Source: an uncultured Planctomycetia bacterium
GTDB taxonomy: Bacteria; Omnitrophota; Gorgyraeia; Duberdicusellales; 4484-171
Assembly: GCA_964489445.1 (NCBI GenBank)
Contig: CAZAYU010000002.1
Span: 77,020-141,019 of the forward strand
Reading direction: 5' to 3'
Length of the DNA stretch: 64,000 nt
Of the stretch, positions 47,694-58,549 are shown in pieces. The translations under genes were made by a program, and so were the position numbers. Positions within the stretch are counted from its first letter, which is position 1; each line of letters starts with the position of its first letter. Below the pieces are notes generated by a model that saw only the letters and a list, made by a program, of their open reading frames with translations, searched no databases and was not told where the DNA came from.

Positions 47694-48713
47694 ATGAATA
47701 AAAAAAGAAAAAACACTAAAGACTCCCAATCATTAAGGATGGTTCTTCAGGAATTAAACGATAATCCTTATCGTCAGTTCAAGGTTGCTTTTTGTTTAAC
47801 GAGCTTGATACCGTTTTTGGTATTTTTTTATCTTTTAGTTGGAAGAATTGGTACTTTTGATGTTTTAACTGGCAATATTGGCTGGATATTGGGAATAACT
47901 GTTTTTATTGTGGTTTGTGGCTTTTATTTTGGCTATATAATCATTAAAAAGATTTTAAAGCGAGTTATATTTTATGCGATAAAAGCAAAACGTAGTGATC
48001 AGTTAAAGTCGGTGTTTGTTGCTTCTGTTTCCCATGAGTTAAAAAATCCCCTTTCGATAATTAAAATGAACCTTTTCAATATGCTAAAAGGCTTAGCTGG
48101 AGAGATAAATAATGAACAGAGAAGGATAGTTGAGCTTTGTCGCAATGTAACTGATCGGATGAGTTGTTTAGTCAATAACCTTTTAGATTTGCACAAGATT
48201 GAAGTAGGAATGGTTGAAATAAGAAGAGAGCTTTGTGATTTTACGAATATTTTGGAGACACAGGTACGTGAGCTTGAAAGTGGAATTAAAAAGAAAAATA
48301 TAAAATTGGTTAAAAATTTAGTTACAAGTAATTTATTCATGTGGTTAGATGGGGATAAGATTACCCAGGTGGTTAATAATATTTTAGGAAATGCTGTCAA
48401 ATATACACCGGAAGGTGGCAGGATTACATTAAATGTCACTTGTAATCAGGAATTAGTTCGGTTAGAATGTGCAGATAGTGGCTCAGGAATACCGGCAGAC
48501 AAAACAGAAAAAATATTCGATAAGTTTGAAAGAATTGGTAGTTTAGAAGAAGGTACTGGGTTAGGTTTAGCAATAGCTAAAGATATTGTTGAGTTGCATA
48601 AGGGAAGAATTTGGGTTGAAAGCCTTCTTGGTAAAGGCAGTAACTTTATTGTGGTTTTGCCGCGTAACTTAAGACGGACTAAAAAAGAGAACAATGCAGG
48701 CGGACAAGAGTAG
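47694..48713 (+). CDS. Membrane sensor histidine kinase
   Basis: Two TMs, SHELKNPL, NAVKYT, DSGSGI, GTGLGL. Confidence 0.92.
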   Translation: MNKKRKNTKDSQSLRMVLQELNDNPYRQFKVAFCLTSLIPFLVFFYLLVGRIGTFDVLTGNIGWILGITVFIVVCGFYFGYIIIKKILKRVIFYAIKAKRSDQLKSVFVASVSHELKNPLSIIKMNLFNMLKGLAGEINNEQRRIVELCRNVTDRMSCLVNNLLDLHKIEVGMVEIRRELCDFTNILETQVRELESGIKKKNIKLVKNLVTSNLFMWLDGDKITQVVNNILGNAVKYTPEGGRITLNVTCNQELVRLECADSGSGIPADKTEKIFDKFERIGSLEEGTGLGLAIAKDIVELHKGRIWVESLLGKGSNFIVVLPRNLRRTKKENNAGGQE

Positions 48714-49089
48714 AAAAATATTAATCATTGAAGACGAAGAAGAATTAGCTTTTGGGTTGGCTATTTTTTTAAAATCACGGGGGTACTCAGTGGTGATTGC
48801 TAACGATAGCTTGCACGGAATAAGTTTGTCTCACAAAGAAGATGTAGACTTTGTGATTTTGGATTTAGGGCTTCCGGCCGGCGGTGGTTTATTCGTTTTA
48901 GAAAATTTAAAAAGATCAGTCGATACTATTAATATACCTGTTGTAATCGTGACTGCTAGCCAAGATCAAGAAGCCCAGAAAAAGGCTTTTAAGCTAGGAA
49001 TAGAAGCTTATTTACAAAAGCCTTTTGAGCCTGAGGACATATTAAGTTATATTGAAAAAGCTATTGGCAAGAATAATCCTTCTTTTTAA
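48694..49089 (+). CDS. Single-domain response regulator (CheY-like)
   Basis: ILIIEDE, LDLGLP, KPF. Confidence 0.9.
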   Translation: MQADKSRKILIIEDEEELAFGLAIFLKSRGYSVVIANDSLHGISLSHKEDVDFVILDLGLPAGGGLFVLENLKRSVDTINIPVVIVTASQDQEAQKKAFKLGIEAYLQKPFEPEDILSYIEKAIGKNNPSF

Positions 49090-49100
49090 AAAATAAAATA

Positions 49101-50135
49101 ATGCGTGCTTTAAAATTCAAGGACAACCGTCTTTTTTATTTAGATCAAGCTCAGCTTCCTTTAAAGGAGATTTGGCGGGAGTGTAAAAGCTTAGAAGTCG
49201 GATTTGATGCGATAAAAAAATTAAAAGTACGCGGAGCTCCATTAATCGGTGTATTTGCAGCGTATTGCGTCTGCATACATTTACATAATTTATCGCAAGA
49301 GAAAACTAAATTTCTAAAAGAAATAAAACATTGCTTAAAATATTTAAAATTCTGCCGACCTACAGCTGTCAATTTATCTTGGGCTTTGTCTAGATTAGAA
49401 AAAATAATTTATGCTAATCAAAAACAAAGCTTATCAGAAATAAAAAAAGAAATTTTGAATGAGGCAAAAAAAATACATAGAGAAGATATTTATCTGTGCA
49501 ATAAGATGGCGGATTATGGTGTTGAACTTATTTCTAAAGGAGATAGAATACTAACCCATTGTAACGCTGGGTTTTTAGCTACTTCTGGAGAAGGAACTGC
49601 TTTGGCGGTGATATTTAAAGCAAAGAAAGTTTATCAAAATATCAAAGTCTACATGGGCGAAACACGCCCTTTGTTACAGGGAGCTCGCTTAACTGCCTGG
49701 GAAATGCTTAAGAAAAAAATACCGGCAGTTTTGATTTGTGACAATATGGCTGCGCATTTTATGCAGCAAGGGTGTATTGATAAGATTTTTGTCGGAGCTG
49801 ATAGAATTGCTGCCAATGGTGATGCAGCAAATAAGATTGGCACTTATAGCTTAGCAGTTTTAGCTAAGTATCACAAAATACCGTTTTATATAGTTGCTCC
49901 CTTTAGCACTTTTGATTTAGGTTTATCTACGGGAAAACTTATTCCGATTGAGCAACGTGACCCTGAAGAAGTTAGCAGAGTAATGAATACATTGCAAATA
50001 GCCCATCATCGAGTAAAATCTGCAAATCCCGCCTTTGATGTTACTCCGAACAAGCTAATTACGGCGATAGTTAGTGACAAGGGAATAATCCTTCCGCCGT
50101 TTAAAAAAAATATTGCCAAGGTAATTAAAGAGTAA
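49101..50135 (+). CDS. mtnA: Methylthioribose-1-phosphate isomerase
   Basis: VRGAPLIG, RPTAVNL, THCNAG, ETRPLLQGARLTAWE, NKIGTY, NPAFDVTP. Confidence 0.93.
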   Translation: MRALKFKDNRLFYLDQAQLPLKEIWRECKSLEVGFDAIKKLKVRGAPLIGVFAAYCVCIHLHNLSQEKTKFLKEIKHCLKYLKFCRPTAVNLSWALSRLEKIIYANQKQSLSEIKKEILNEAKKIHREDIYLCNKMADYGVELISKGDRILTHCNAGFLATSGEGTALAVIFKAKKVYQNIKVYMGETRPLLQGARLTAWEMLKKKIPAVLICDNMAAHFMQQGCIDKIFVGADRIAANGDAANKIGTYSLAVLAKYHKIPFYIVAPFSTFDLGLSTGKLIPIEQRDPEEVSRVMNTLQIAHHRVKSANPAFDVTPNKLITAIVSDKGIILPPFKKNIAKVIKE

Positions 50136-50300
50136 TTTTTTCTTAGATTATCTCAGATACGCTTAGTGGCAATTGATTGGATTTTGAATTACAGCAGAAA
50201 TAAATTTTTTAATAAAGTGTCGTGTTTTTAAAATTTTTGCAATTTACGCCCGGAATATTTGTAATAAAAAATTGTAGCTATTTAGATGGATAGAAGATGC

Positions 50301-50329
50301 TTGATAGTTGCTCTTAAGTATCTTATAAT
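50301..50329 (+). promoter_or_regulatory. Probable sigma-70 promoter for tsaE-tsaB-alr
   Basis: TTGATA-17 nt-TATAAT. Confidence 0.55.
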
Positions 50330-50435
50330 GGCAGAAAATATAGGTTCCTTTACTACTGTACTGGGAATAAACTATCATAAAAAAATTATTATATTTAAGG
50401 TGAGAGCTCAGTTTGTATAGATTAGGTTATCAAAA

Positions 50436-50936
50436 GTGAAGCTAAAAGAGAAAGACTTAAAATTTAGGATCAACAGTGATTCTGTAGCTTGCACAATTGC
50501 GTATGGAAAGGTTTTTGCTAAAACCCTGAAGGAGAAAGATGTAATTATCCTTGAAGGAAATTTAGGCGGCGGGAAGACCGTGTTTACTAAAGGGGTATTA
50601 AGCGGGCTTGGTTATAAAGGAAGAGTACAGAGTCCATCATTTACTTTGATTCGGAAATACAAAGTAAACAGTCTCGAGGTTTATCATCTTGATTTGTACC
50701 GCTTAAAATTAAAGGATATGTTTAATCTGGGAATAGATGATTTTTTGTATACTCAAAAGACAATAACATTAGTTGAATGGGGAGGGAAGATAAAACAAGA
50801 TTTAGACAGATACTTAAAAATAGAGTTTTTATTTTTAACTGAAAGTAGCCGGCAGATTAGCTTTTATGCGAAAGGCTATTCTCAAAAAGAAATTAATTTA
50901 ATAAAAGGAACCAAACATGCAGTTGTTGGCTATTGA
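50436..50936 (+). CDS. tsaE: t6A biosynthesis ATPase TsaE
   Basis: GNLGGGKT, VQSPSFTL, HLDLYRL, VEW. Confidence 0.92.
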   Translation: MKLKEKDLKFRINSDSVACTIAYGKVFAKTLKEKDVIILEGNLGGGKTVFTKGVLSGLGYKGRVQSPSFTLIRKYKVNSLEVYHLDLYRLKLKDMFNLGIDDFLYTQKTITLVEWGGKIKQDLDRYLKIEFLFLTESSRQISFYAKGYSQKEINLIKGTKHAVVGY

Positions 50937-51579
50937 TGCTTCAAGTGAAAATATTTCTGTTTGTATTAGGCGCAACGAAAAAGAACTAATTAATATTAAC
51001 CGGCGGATAAAATTTGGGGCTTCCAAGCTGATAAGTTTTATTGATCAGAGCCTAAAGAAAACACACTTAGAACTGGAAGATTTTGATGCATTTATAATTG
51101 GCAAAGGTCCGGGGTCATTTACGGGTTTGAGAATATCTTTTAGTGTGATTAAGGCATTTACGATGGTCTTGGGTAAGCCGGTTATTGGGGTAGGTAGTTT
51201 TTTTTCCTGCGCTTATCCCTTGAGAAAGGTAGCAGAAAAGGTAGCAGTTGTCTCTGATGCTCGAAGAGGGCTGTATTATTTGGCACTATATAAGAGTAAA
51301 GGAAAAGTGTTTAAAAAAGATGGCAAAGAAAGGTTAGCTACGATAGAGGATATTTTGAAAATAGGAAGAGAATATCTTTTTGTTACTTACGACTCTAAGC
51401 TGAGAACACAGATTTTAAAACTCAAGTCAAATATTAAGTTTTATTCTCGGGATGTGTATCCTCAGGCGAAATATCTTTTACCAGAGGCAGAAAAGTGTTA
51501 TGCCGAAGGTAAGTTTATTCCAATCGAAAAGCTTAAACCACTATATTTGCATCCTAAAACATGCCAGATAAGGAGATAG
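50917..51579 (+). CDS. tsaB: t6A biosynthesis protein TsaB
   Basis: LAIDAS, GPGSFTGLRI, DARR. Confidence 0.92.
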   Translation: MQLLAIDASSENISVCIRRNEKELININRRIKFGASKLISFIDQSLKKTHLELEDFDAFIIGKGPGSFTGLRISFSVIKAFTMVLGKPVIGVGSFFSCAYPLRKVAEKVAVVSDARRGLYYLALYKSKGKVFKKDGKERLATIEDILKIGREYLFVTYDSKLRTQILKLKSNIKFYSRDVYPQAKYLLPEAEKCYAEGKFIPIEKLKPLYLHPKTCQIRR

Positions 51580-51583
51580 CTTT

Positions 51584-52699
51584 ATGATTAGGCCGTTGTG
51601 GATAGATGTGGATTTAAGAGCTTTAAGGGGTAATTTTAAGGCTATTAAGAATTATGTGGGGCCGAAGATTAAAATTGCTGTTACGATAAAACAGAATGCT
51701 TATGGTTATGGGTTTCTCCCGGTAGCCAGAGAATTGGCTGGTCAGGGAGTTGATTTCTTCGGAGTAGGAAGTTTAGAGGAGGCGATTACTTTAAGGAAAG
51801 ATGGGTTTAAAGGAGCAATACTTGTGCTAAGCTCTATATTGGATGAATTTGCTAGTATTTTCATTCAAAATGACATTACTCCAACCGTAGTTGATTTAAA
51901 ATTTGCCCAAAAATTAGATAAAGAGGCAAAAAAGAATAATAAAGTCATCTCGGTACATATAAAGGTCGATACTGGTATGGGCCGGCTGGGTTTTGATTGC
52001 CAGAAGTCAGAGGATTTTATTAAACAAGTAGCGGAATTAAAAAATGTTTACCCGGAAGGTATTTATACTCATTTTTCTTCTGCGGAAAGCGATCCTGAGT
52101 TTACCAATTTTCAAATCGAACAGTTCAATAAACTAATCGCAAAACTTAAGAAAAAAAATATTAACTTTAAATTTTCTCATTGTGCAAATAGTGTAGGGAT
52201 ACTTAATTATCAGAATGTCCACTTTAATATGGTTAGACCCGGAATTGCTTTATTCGGAGTTAATTTTTTAAGGAATGCCAATTTAAAGTTTAAGCCGGTT
52301 TTGAGTCTAAAAGCGAAAGTTATTTTTGTAAAAAGTGTGCCTAAAGGAAGCGGAGTAAGCTATGGGCGGACGTATATTGCTTCTGAGCCAACAAATATTG
52401 CTACTATTTCTATAGGTTATGCTGACGGTTATCCATGGTCTCTATCTAATCGGGCCAAAGTAATTATTAAAAATAAGTTTTACAAGGTGGCTGGGCGAAT
52501 TTGTATGGATCATACCATGGTAGATTTAGGAAAAACAACGTTGGTCAAACCGGGAGATGAAGTGGTTTTGATCGGGAAAAGCAAAAATTTAAAAATAGCT
52601 GTCAATGATTTAGCATGTTGGGCTCAAACTATTCCTTATGAAATAATTAGCCGGCTTTCATTAAAAATACCCCGCGTTTATAAATTTGCCTCTGCTTAG
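51584..52699 (+). CDS. alr: Alanine racemase
   Basis: IKQNAYGYG (PLP Lys), KVDTGMGRLG, VRPG, GVSYG, GYADG, GRICMD. Confidence 0.92.
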   Translation: MIRPLWIDVDLRALRGNFKAIKNYVGPKIKIAVTIKQNAYGYGFLPVARELAGQGVDFFGVGSLEEAITLRKDGFKGAILVLSSILDEFASIFIQNDITPTVVDLKFAQKLDKEAKKNNKVISVHIKVDTGMGRLGFDCQKSEDFIKQVAELKNVYPEGIYTHFSSAESDPEFTNFQIEQFNKLIAKLKKKNINFKFSHCANSVGILNYQNVHFNMVRPGIALFGVNFLRNANLKFKPVLSLKAKVIFVKSVPKGSGVSYGRTYIASEPTNIATISIGYADGYPWSLSNRAKVIIKNKFYKVAGRICMDHTMVDLGKTTLVKPGDEVVLIGKSKNLKIAVNDLACWAQTIPYEIISRLSLKIPRVYKFASA

Positions 52700-52743
52700 C
52701 TTATGTTTAGCGTTGAGTGTATAAAGTGTTGGTACTTTTGCAA

Positions 52744-53832
52744 TTACTTAATCAGCAGAAGGCCAGTTATTCCTATAGTTAAAAAGAATAACGGAGTAAG
52801 CCAGACGCTAAAGAAAGGAAGGAGTATTCCTGATTTGCCTAAAGCGATACTAAACGAAAATAATACGTAATAAATAAATCCAAAAATAAATCCTACCCCC
52901 AAGGAAGAAAGTGCCACTTTGCGTTTTTTTATTTCTAAAGCTAGAGGAAGAATGCCGATGATTAAGAAAAAATGTGAAAATGGTTCAGCTATTTTCCGAT
53001 AGTAATCAATAATCAAATTAGACAGAAAACTTCCAGCATTTATTTGCTTCAGCCTGTAGATTTCCCTTTTTAGTGTATTCAATGAATAAAATTGTGAAAA
53101 GATACTTTGCTTTAGTAGCAATTCTTTAGGTTTTTCTCTTAAGTCAATTTTTTTTGTTTTCAAATTTATGGGGATATCCAACAATTCTCCTTGCTTGTCA
53201 ATGTTATATTCCATTACATTTTTACCAACCCAAGAGTCATTTTCAAATACAATTCTTTTGCATATTATTTTTTTAACGATTGTTTGATTTTTTCCTTCTT
53301 GGAAGACCATTACATTTGTAAGAGTTTTTTTCGAAGGAGAAAATGTCTCAGCGAAGATAATCATATTTCCGGAAGTAAAGGCAATATTTTTTTCTTCTGT
53401 TTTGGTGTTTGTTTGTTTATGCAAGAATTGTTCTTTTATTTCTTCGGCTTTTCTTTGTGAATGAATGAGTGTTTTTTCTTGGAGAAAAAATATGAATATT
53501 GAAACAAATAAGGCAAAAAATAATGCGGGTGCGGCAATTCTCAAAACGCTTAAACCGGAAGCCCGGATGCTAATAATTTCATTGTTTTTATTTAATTCAC
53601 CAAATGTGTAAAGGGTGCTGATGAGCAATGCCAGAGGGCTAACTTGAAGAATAATCAATGGTATAGAGTATAGATAGTATTGGATAATTTTTAAAAATGA
53701 AGGCTTTGTTTCCAGAATATTTTCAAGGTTCGAAAATAAGTCAATTATAAAATAAAGACCAATAAATATTAAAGCTATAAATATATAGCTGTAAATTATG
53801 TTTTTTAGTAGGTATTTATCGAAAATGCGCAT
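52744..53832 (-). CDS. lptG: LPS export permease, LptG-like
   Basis: MRIFDKY, NEIISIRASGLS, 6-TM LptF/G layout. Confidence 0.8.
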   Translation of the reverse strand: MRIFDKYLLKNIIYSYIFIALIFIGLYFIIDLFSNLENILETKPSFLKIIQYYLYSIPLIILQVSPLALLISTLYTFGELNKNNEIISIRASGLSVLRIAAPALFFALFVSIFIFFLQEKTLIHSQRKAEEIKEQFLHKQTNTKTEEKNIAFTSGNMIIFAETFSPSKKTLTNVMVFQEGKNQTIVKKIICKRIVFENDSWVGKNVMEYNIDKQGELLDIPINLKTKKIDLREKPKELLLKQSIFSQFYSLNTLKREIYRLKQINAGSFLSNLIIDYYRKIAEPFSHFFLIIGILPLALEIKKRKVALSSLGVGFIFGFIYYVLFSFSIALGKSGILLPFFSVWLTPLFFLTIGITGLLLIK

Positions 53833-54907
53833 TTTTCAAGAGGAGAAAACCTCCAATAGAGCCAATTATTAAATTGGGAAGCCACATGCCTAGAAAAGGA
53901 GAAATCAAACGATAGTCAATAAGCGTTTCACCGAGAATAAATAGCAAGTAGTAGGAGATTGCGGCTACAAAAGCAATAACAAAATTAATTGATTTTTCCC
54001 GATGTTTTACTACCAAGGATATTCCAAATCCTAAAATGACAAAAGTAATTACTGAGAAAGAAAAGCTGATTCTTTTGTGGAATTCTGCTTGTAATTCTGT
54101 TGGGTCAACATTTAGTTTTTTTAGGTGTTTTATTTTTTTCCGTAGTTCCTTTAATCTCATATCCGAAGGTTTTTTGTTGATGCTTACTTGTTCTTTCTTT
54201 TGAATCGGAATATCCATAAAAAATACTTTAAAATTAAGACGGTAAAGTTCGGTTTTGTTTTTGGCGACTGTTTCATCCCGGAATCCGTCTTCTAGCTTTA
54301 TTGTCAATATGTCGTTTTCAATTACAAATTCACCTTCCTTAGCGAATATTGTTTTAGTGCTTCCTTGTTTTTCGTCTAGCTCATAAATATAAACATTTTT
54401 GAGTTTGTTTCCATTTTTATCTGTTACATATAGAATGTAGTTTTCGAAATGATCTAAAAATATTCCTGGCTCAATAAACGCAGAAATATTTTTAGAATAA
54501 ATATTTTTCATTTGACTACGATAACGATAGTGAAAGTCAGGAATGAATTGGTCGTTGAGAATAAAAAGGAGCAGGGAAAACATAGCTCCGATTATTAAAA
54601 AAATATTTAAAATTCTAAACAAAGATATTCCGGCAACGCGGATAGCAGTAATTTCGTTATCAGCTATTAATCTTCCCATTACTAGCAGCACACCCAACAA
54701 AAAAGAAAGAGGTATTGTAAAGCCTAAAAGATAGGGAACAAAAAAGGAGAATATTTTTAAAGCATCAATGGCATTGACGCCCTTGCGGATAACCATATCT
54801 GATATCTTCATCAGGTTCCCCATGAACATTACCATGCTAAGGATTAATAAGGAAAATATGGAAACAGAAACGAAATCTTTAATTATGTGGGTTCTGAGTA
54901 TTTTCAT
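53816..54907 (-). CDS. lptF: LPS export permease, LptF-like
   Basis: GRLIADNEITAIRVAGIS, EFHKR, WLPN. Confidence 0.8.
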   Translation of the reverse strand: MKILRTHIIKDFVSVSIFSLLILSMVMFMGNLMKISDMVIRKGVNAIDALKIFSFFVPYLLGFTIPLSFLLGVLLVMGRLIADNEITAIRVAGISLFRILNIFLIIGAMFSLLLFILNDQFIPDFHYRYRSQMKNIYSKNISAFIEPGIFLDHFENYILYVTDKNGNKLKNVYIYELDEKQGSTKTIFAKEGEFVIENDILTIKLEDGFRDETVAKNKTELYRLNFKVFFMDIPIQKKEQVSINKKPSDMRLKELRKKIKHLKKLNVDPTELQAEFHKRISFSFSVITFVILGFGISLVVKHREKSINFVIAFVAAISYYLLFILGETLIDYRLISPFLGMWLPNLIIGSIGGFLLLKNAHFR

Positions 54908-55622
54908 TGTTGGTTATTGTTTTTGATAAAGTTATTACTGTTATTATTTTGGCCCCATTTTCTTTTAAAACTTGCGAGCAAGAATTAATTGTTGCTCCGG
55001 TAGTAAAGACATCATCGATAAGAATAATATTTCTATTTTTGAGTTCCTTTGCTATCCTAAATATCCCTTCTACATTTTTTTGTCTTTTTTGTCTTTTAAA
55101 TTTTGTTTGAGAAGGTCTAAATTCAGTAACGCTTATTATATCATCACTTAACGGAATTTTAAAATAATTTGACAGCAACTTAGCTAAGAGAAGAGATTGG
55201 TTGTATCCCCGTGCTTTTAGTTGGTGTTTATGAAGAGGCACGGGCACTATGCCGTCATAATTACTGCCATTGAACCCGATTTTTGTTAAGTGACTTATCA
55301 TTAATTGGGAAAATAGGTTTTTAAGGTAATCAAGATTGTGGTATTTAAATGAATGGATTAATGTGGGCATTGGCTCTTGATAAGCTGTAATGCTTATCAG
55401 ATTTGAGTAGTAAATTATTTTTTTAGAGCATCTCTTGCAAGGTGTTATTCTATAATGGAAAAGTTTTCTGAAACAATATGGGCAACGCGGAGGATACAGC
55501 AAAATTATTTTTTCTTTGCATTCTCGACACAAATAATTTTTGGGTATTTTTTTCTTACAGTATGCGCAGAGGCACGGGAAAAATATATTTTTGATTGCCG
55601 AAATATAGTTAATAGCCAACAT
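54879..55622 (-). CDS. comF: ComF family zinc-ribbon/phosphoribosyltransferase protein
   Basis: CxxC motifs, PVPLH..RGYNQS, LIDDVFTTGAT. Confidence 0.9.
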   Translation of the reverse strand: MLAINYISAIKNIFFPCLCAYCKKKIPKNYLCRECKEKIILLYPPRCPYCFRKLFHYRITPCKRCSKKIIYYSNLISITAYQEPMPTLIHSFKYHNLDYLKNLFSQLMISHLTKIGFNGSNYDGIVPVPLHKHQLKARGYNQSLLLAKLLSNYFKIPLSDDIISVTEFRPSQTKFKRQKRQKNVEGIFRIAKELKNRNIILIDDVFTTGATINSCSQVLKENGAKIITVITLSKTITNNENTQNPHN

Positions 55623-55628
55623 GTTTGT

Positions 55629-55656
55629 ATTTTAAAGAGTTTTCATTCTGTTGCAA
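55629..55656 (-). promoter_or_regulatory. Putative leaderless promoter of comF-lptFG
   Basis: Minus strand TTGCAA-16-TAAAAT-6 nt-ATG, no SD. Confidence 0.55.
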
Positions 55657-55795
55657 GACAAATAAATCATGCTATTATTGTATTTTGGATCTAAGATTTT
55701 TAATTATTTTAGACTATAATTGATTTATCTATTCTTATTTTCTTATTTGTAGTATAATAAATTTTATATTTAGCAAAACTATTTAAATAATTAAA

Positions 55796-58549
55796 ATGAT
55801 TTTTTTTACGATAGGCGCAAGCTTAATCTATTGGTTATTTTCTGCATCAGTAAACTATTTTGTTTTATCCAATAAGACTTTCCTGAACGAAATTTTCAAT
55901 CCTAACCTTGAAGAAGTTATAACTCGTTTGACGGCAGTTTTTTTCTTAATTATGTCTTGTGCATATTCTCGGGTTATTTTTAATAAACGGCGGAGTATTG
56001 AAAAGCAGTTAAATGATGACTATGATTTAATTCCGTTAGTTTTGGATAAAATTAATTCACTGGTAGCAGTTTTTGATTCTTTGGGCAGAATAGTCAGATT
56101 TAATCGTGCTTGTGAGCAATTGACTGGATACACATTTGAGGAAGTGCGCGGAAAATACTTTTGGAAAATATTTTTAAGCGAAAAAGATGCGGATGAAGTC
56201 AAAATTAAGTTAATGAAAATAAAAACAGGAAATTTTCCAAAAGAATATGAGGAGCACTGGCTAACTAAAGAGGGTAGCTGTCGGCTGATAAAATGGTCTA
56301 ATACCGTAGTATTTAGCGAGAAAGAAGAGAAAAGGTATGTAATCAGTGCTGGCATTGATATCTCCGCCCATCAACATGTAGAAGAGTTTTTAAAAAAATC
56401 AGAAAAAGAGTATAAGGATATAATTGAGAATATCGGTATTGGCATTTCGTTTATTTCTGCGGACAGGAAAGTAGCATACATGAATAAGCAGATGGAGGCG
56501 TGGTTTCCGTCGAGAAGTGTTTTAGGTAGCTCACCCTGCCACAGCATTATTAGTGGTACCGATAAACAGGTCTGTACTGAATGTCCGACTTGTTTGGTTT
56601 TAAAAGACGGAAAAACTCACGAAGCGATAATTAAAATTTCTCTGGAAGAAAAAATATTACCTTGCAAGGTAGTGTCTTTTCCGGTTGAAAACCGACAGGG
56701 AAAAGTTGTGGCAGTAATAGAAACAATTGAAGACTTTACCGAAGTTGATAAGCGCGAGTCTGAAACTCGATATAAGTTTTTTGTGCAGGCAGTTTTAAAT
56801 TCATTATTACGCTTTTCTTTAGAAAATATTTCCTTAGATGGTTTTTTAAAGTGTGCTTTAAACGTCATTTTAACTGCCCCTATTTTCTCATCTTCATCGA
56901 TTGGATCGATATCTATTATCGACGACAAGACCAATACTTTAGCGCTAAAGGCTCAGAATCAAAATTCACAAATATTCCAGAAGCAGATTAAAGAAAATAA
57001 TTTAGTAAAGAAGCTACAGGATAGAGCGCTATCTACGGGGAAAATGCAATTTTCTGTTATGCTTTCGGTTTTTCCTGATTCCCGAAATAAACAAAAGAAC
57101 CAGTGTGGATACTATGCTGTTCCTATTTTATATGGAAATAATGTGTTAGGGGTTATTGATTTATATTTTGATGAAAACCAGCGGAAAGGCAAACGAGAAG
57201 AAGAGTTTTTTATTGCTTTGGTCAGTACATTGGCTGGGATTATCCACCATAAGAAATTCGAATCTAGGCTAAGAAAGACTAATGAATGTTTTGCTAGCCT
57301 AGGGGTTGATCCGCATAGTAATATTAAAAATCTTGTAAAATTATGTGGCGAGGTTTTAGGAGCCACTTCGGTGTTCTATAACTGCCTAACTCCTCAAGAG
57401 GATCAATTTTATAGTGCTGGATGCTATAACTCAGACTTTCATTATATTGAAAAGTTTGAAGCTTTCGGGAGTGTAGGCTATGATTTAATTAATAAGCAAC
57501 AAAAAGAACCGCTAGTGATAAATAACTTTTCTAAAACTATTTACGCAAAAACAGACGCTTGTTATTTGAATTACAAGTTTCAATCATATGTTGGGCAGGT
57601 TGTTGAGTCGCGAGGAGTTTTAACCGGGGTGCTAAATATTATTTTTCAAAGTGAATTTAACCTAGGAGAGGAAGATCGAAGGTTTTTAAGCGTTATTAGA
57701 TTAGCAATTGGTGTGGAAGAAGAAAGGATAAGTGCTAGTGATGAATTACAAGAAGCATATTCCAAACTAAAGGAAGCTCAACAAGGGTTGGTTCAATCAG
57801 AAAAATTAGCTGCTTTAGGAAGATTCTCTTCCGGTGTAGCCCATGAAGTAAAGAATCCTTTGGGAGTAATTTTAGGAGGCATAGAGTTCTTAGAAAAGAA
57901 ATTAGCTTCTAGTGATGCGATTGTGATCACTGCCATGAAAAAGATCAAAGAGTCTACTCTTAGGGCAGATAGTATAGTTCGTAATTTATTAAAATTTGCG
58001 ATGCCTTCGGAAGCTAAAAAAATAAAATTACGTCCCCAAGAGTTAATAAACGATACACTAGCTTTGTTAAAATATCGTGTTCCGCTAATAAATATTGATA
58101 TCAAAACTGATTTTTCTAAGGAAAATATTTATATTGAGGTTGATAAAAATCAATTAGGACAGGTATTGTTTAACGTGCTTATAAATGCTATAGAGGCAAT
58201 GGCTAAAAGAGGGAAAATAAAAATTAAAACTTATAAAACCATTATTAAAGAGTTTTCTTCTACTAAGGAAGTTTGTATTATAGAAATTAACGATAATGGG
58301 GAAGGGGTGTCCAAAGAAGATTTGCCTAAGTTATTTGAGCCATTCTTTACTACCAAAAGAGATAAAAAAGGAACTGGACTAGGATTATCAATGTCTAAGA
58401 TGATTGTTGAAAATCATAAAGGGTCTTTGTTAATTGAAAGTGAAGCGGGTAGAGGGACTATGGTGAAAGTAATTTTGCCGTATGTTGAGTGTAAGGATGA
58501 CGAACTTAATAGTAACTTAAGAACTAATGAAAAAAATATTAGTAATTGA
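55796..58549 (+). CDS. PAS/PAS/GAF/GAF sensor histidine kinase
   Basis: Two TMs; FNRACEQLTGY (PAS); GAF-like segments; AHEVKNPL, NAIEAM, DNGEG, FFTTK, GTGLGL. Confidence 0.92.
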   Translation: MIFFTIGASLIYWLFSASVNYFVLSNKTFLNEIFNPNLEEVITRLTAVFFLIMSCAYSRVIFNKRRSIEKQLNDDYDLIPLVLDKINSLVAVFDSLGRIVRFNRACEQLTGYTFEEVRGKYFWKIFLSEKDADEVKIKLMKIKTGNFPKEYEEHWLTKEGSCRLIKWSNTVVFSEKEEKRYVISAGIDISAHQHVEEFLKKSEKEYKDIIENIGIGISFISADRKVAYMNKQMEAWFPSRSVLGSSPCHSIISGTDKQVCTECPTCLVLKDGKTHEAIIKISLEEKILPCKVVSFPVENRQGKVVAVIETIEDFTEVDKRESETRYKFFVQAVLNSLLRFSLENISLDGFLKCALNVILTAPIFSSSSIGSISIIDDKTNTLALKAQNQNSQIFQKQIKENNLVKKLQDRALSTGKMQFSVMLSVFPDSRNKQKNQCGYYAVPILYGNNVLGVIDLYFDENQRKGKREEEFFIALVSTLAGIIHHKKFESRLRKTNECFASLGVDPHSNIKNLVKLCGEVLGATSVFYNCLTPQEDQFYSAGCYNSDFHYIEKFEAFGSVGYDLINKQQKEPLVINNFSKTIYAKTDACYLNYKFQSYVGQVVESRGVLTGVLNIIFQSEFNLGEEDRRFLSVIRLAIGVEEERISASDELQEAYSKLKEAQQGLVQSEKLAALGRFSSGVAHEVKNPLGVILGGIEFLEKKLASSDAIVITAMKKIKESTLRADSIVRNLLKFAMPSEAKKIKLRPQELINDTLALLKYRVPLINIDIKTDFSKENIYIEVDKNQLGQVLFNVLINAIEAMAKRGKIKIKTYKTIIKEFSSTKEVCIIEINDNGEGVSKEDLPKLFEPFFTTKRDKKGTGLGLSMSKMIVENHKGSLLIESEAGRGTMVKVILPYVECKDDELNSNLRTNEKNISN

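Noticed and set aside
50136-50435. 300-bp spacer (and 60847-61105) as ncRNA, riboswitch or tRNA
   Set aside because: AT-rich with no recognisable structured RNA; promoters are enough to explain them.
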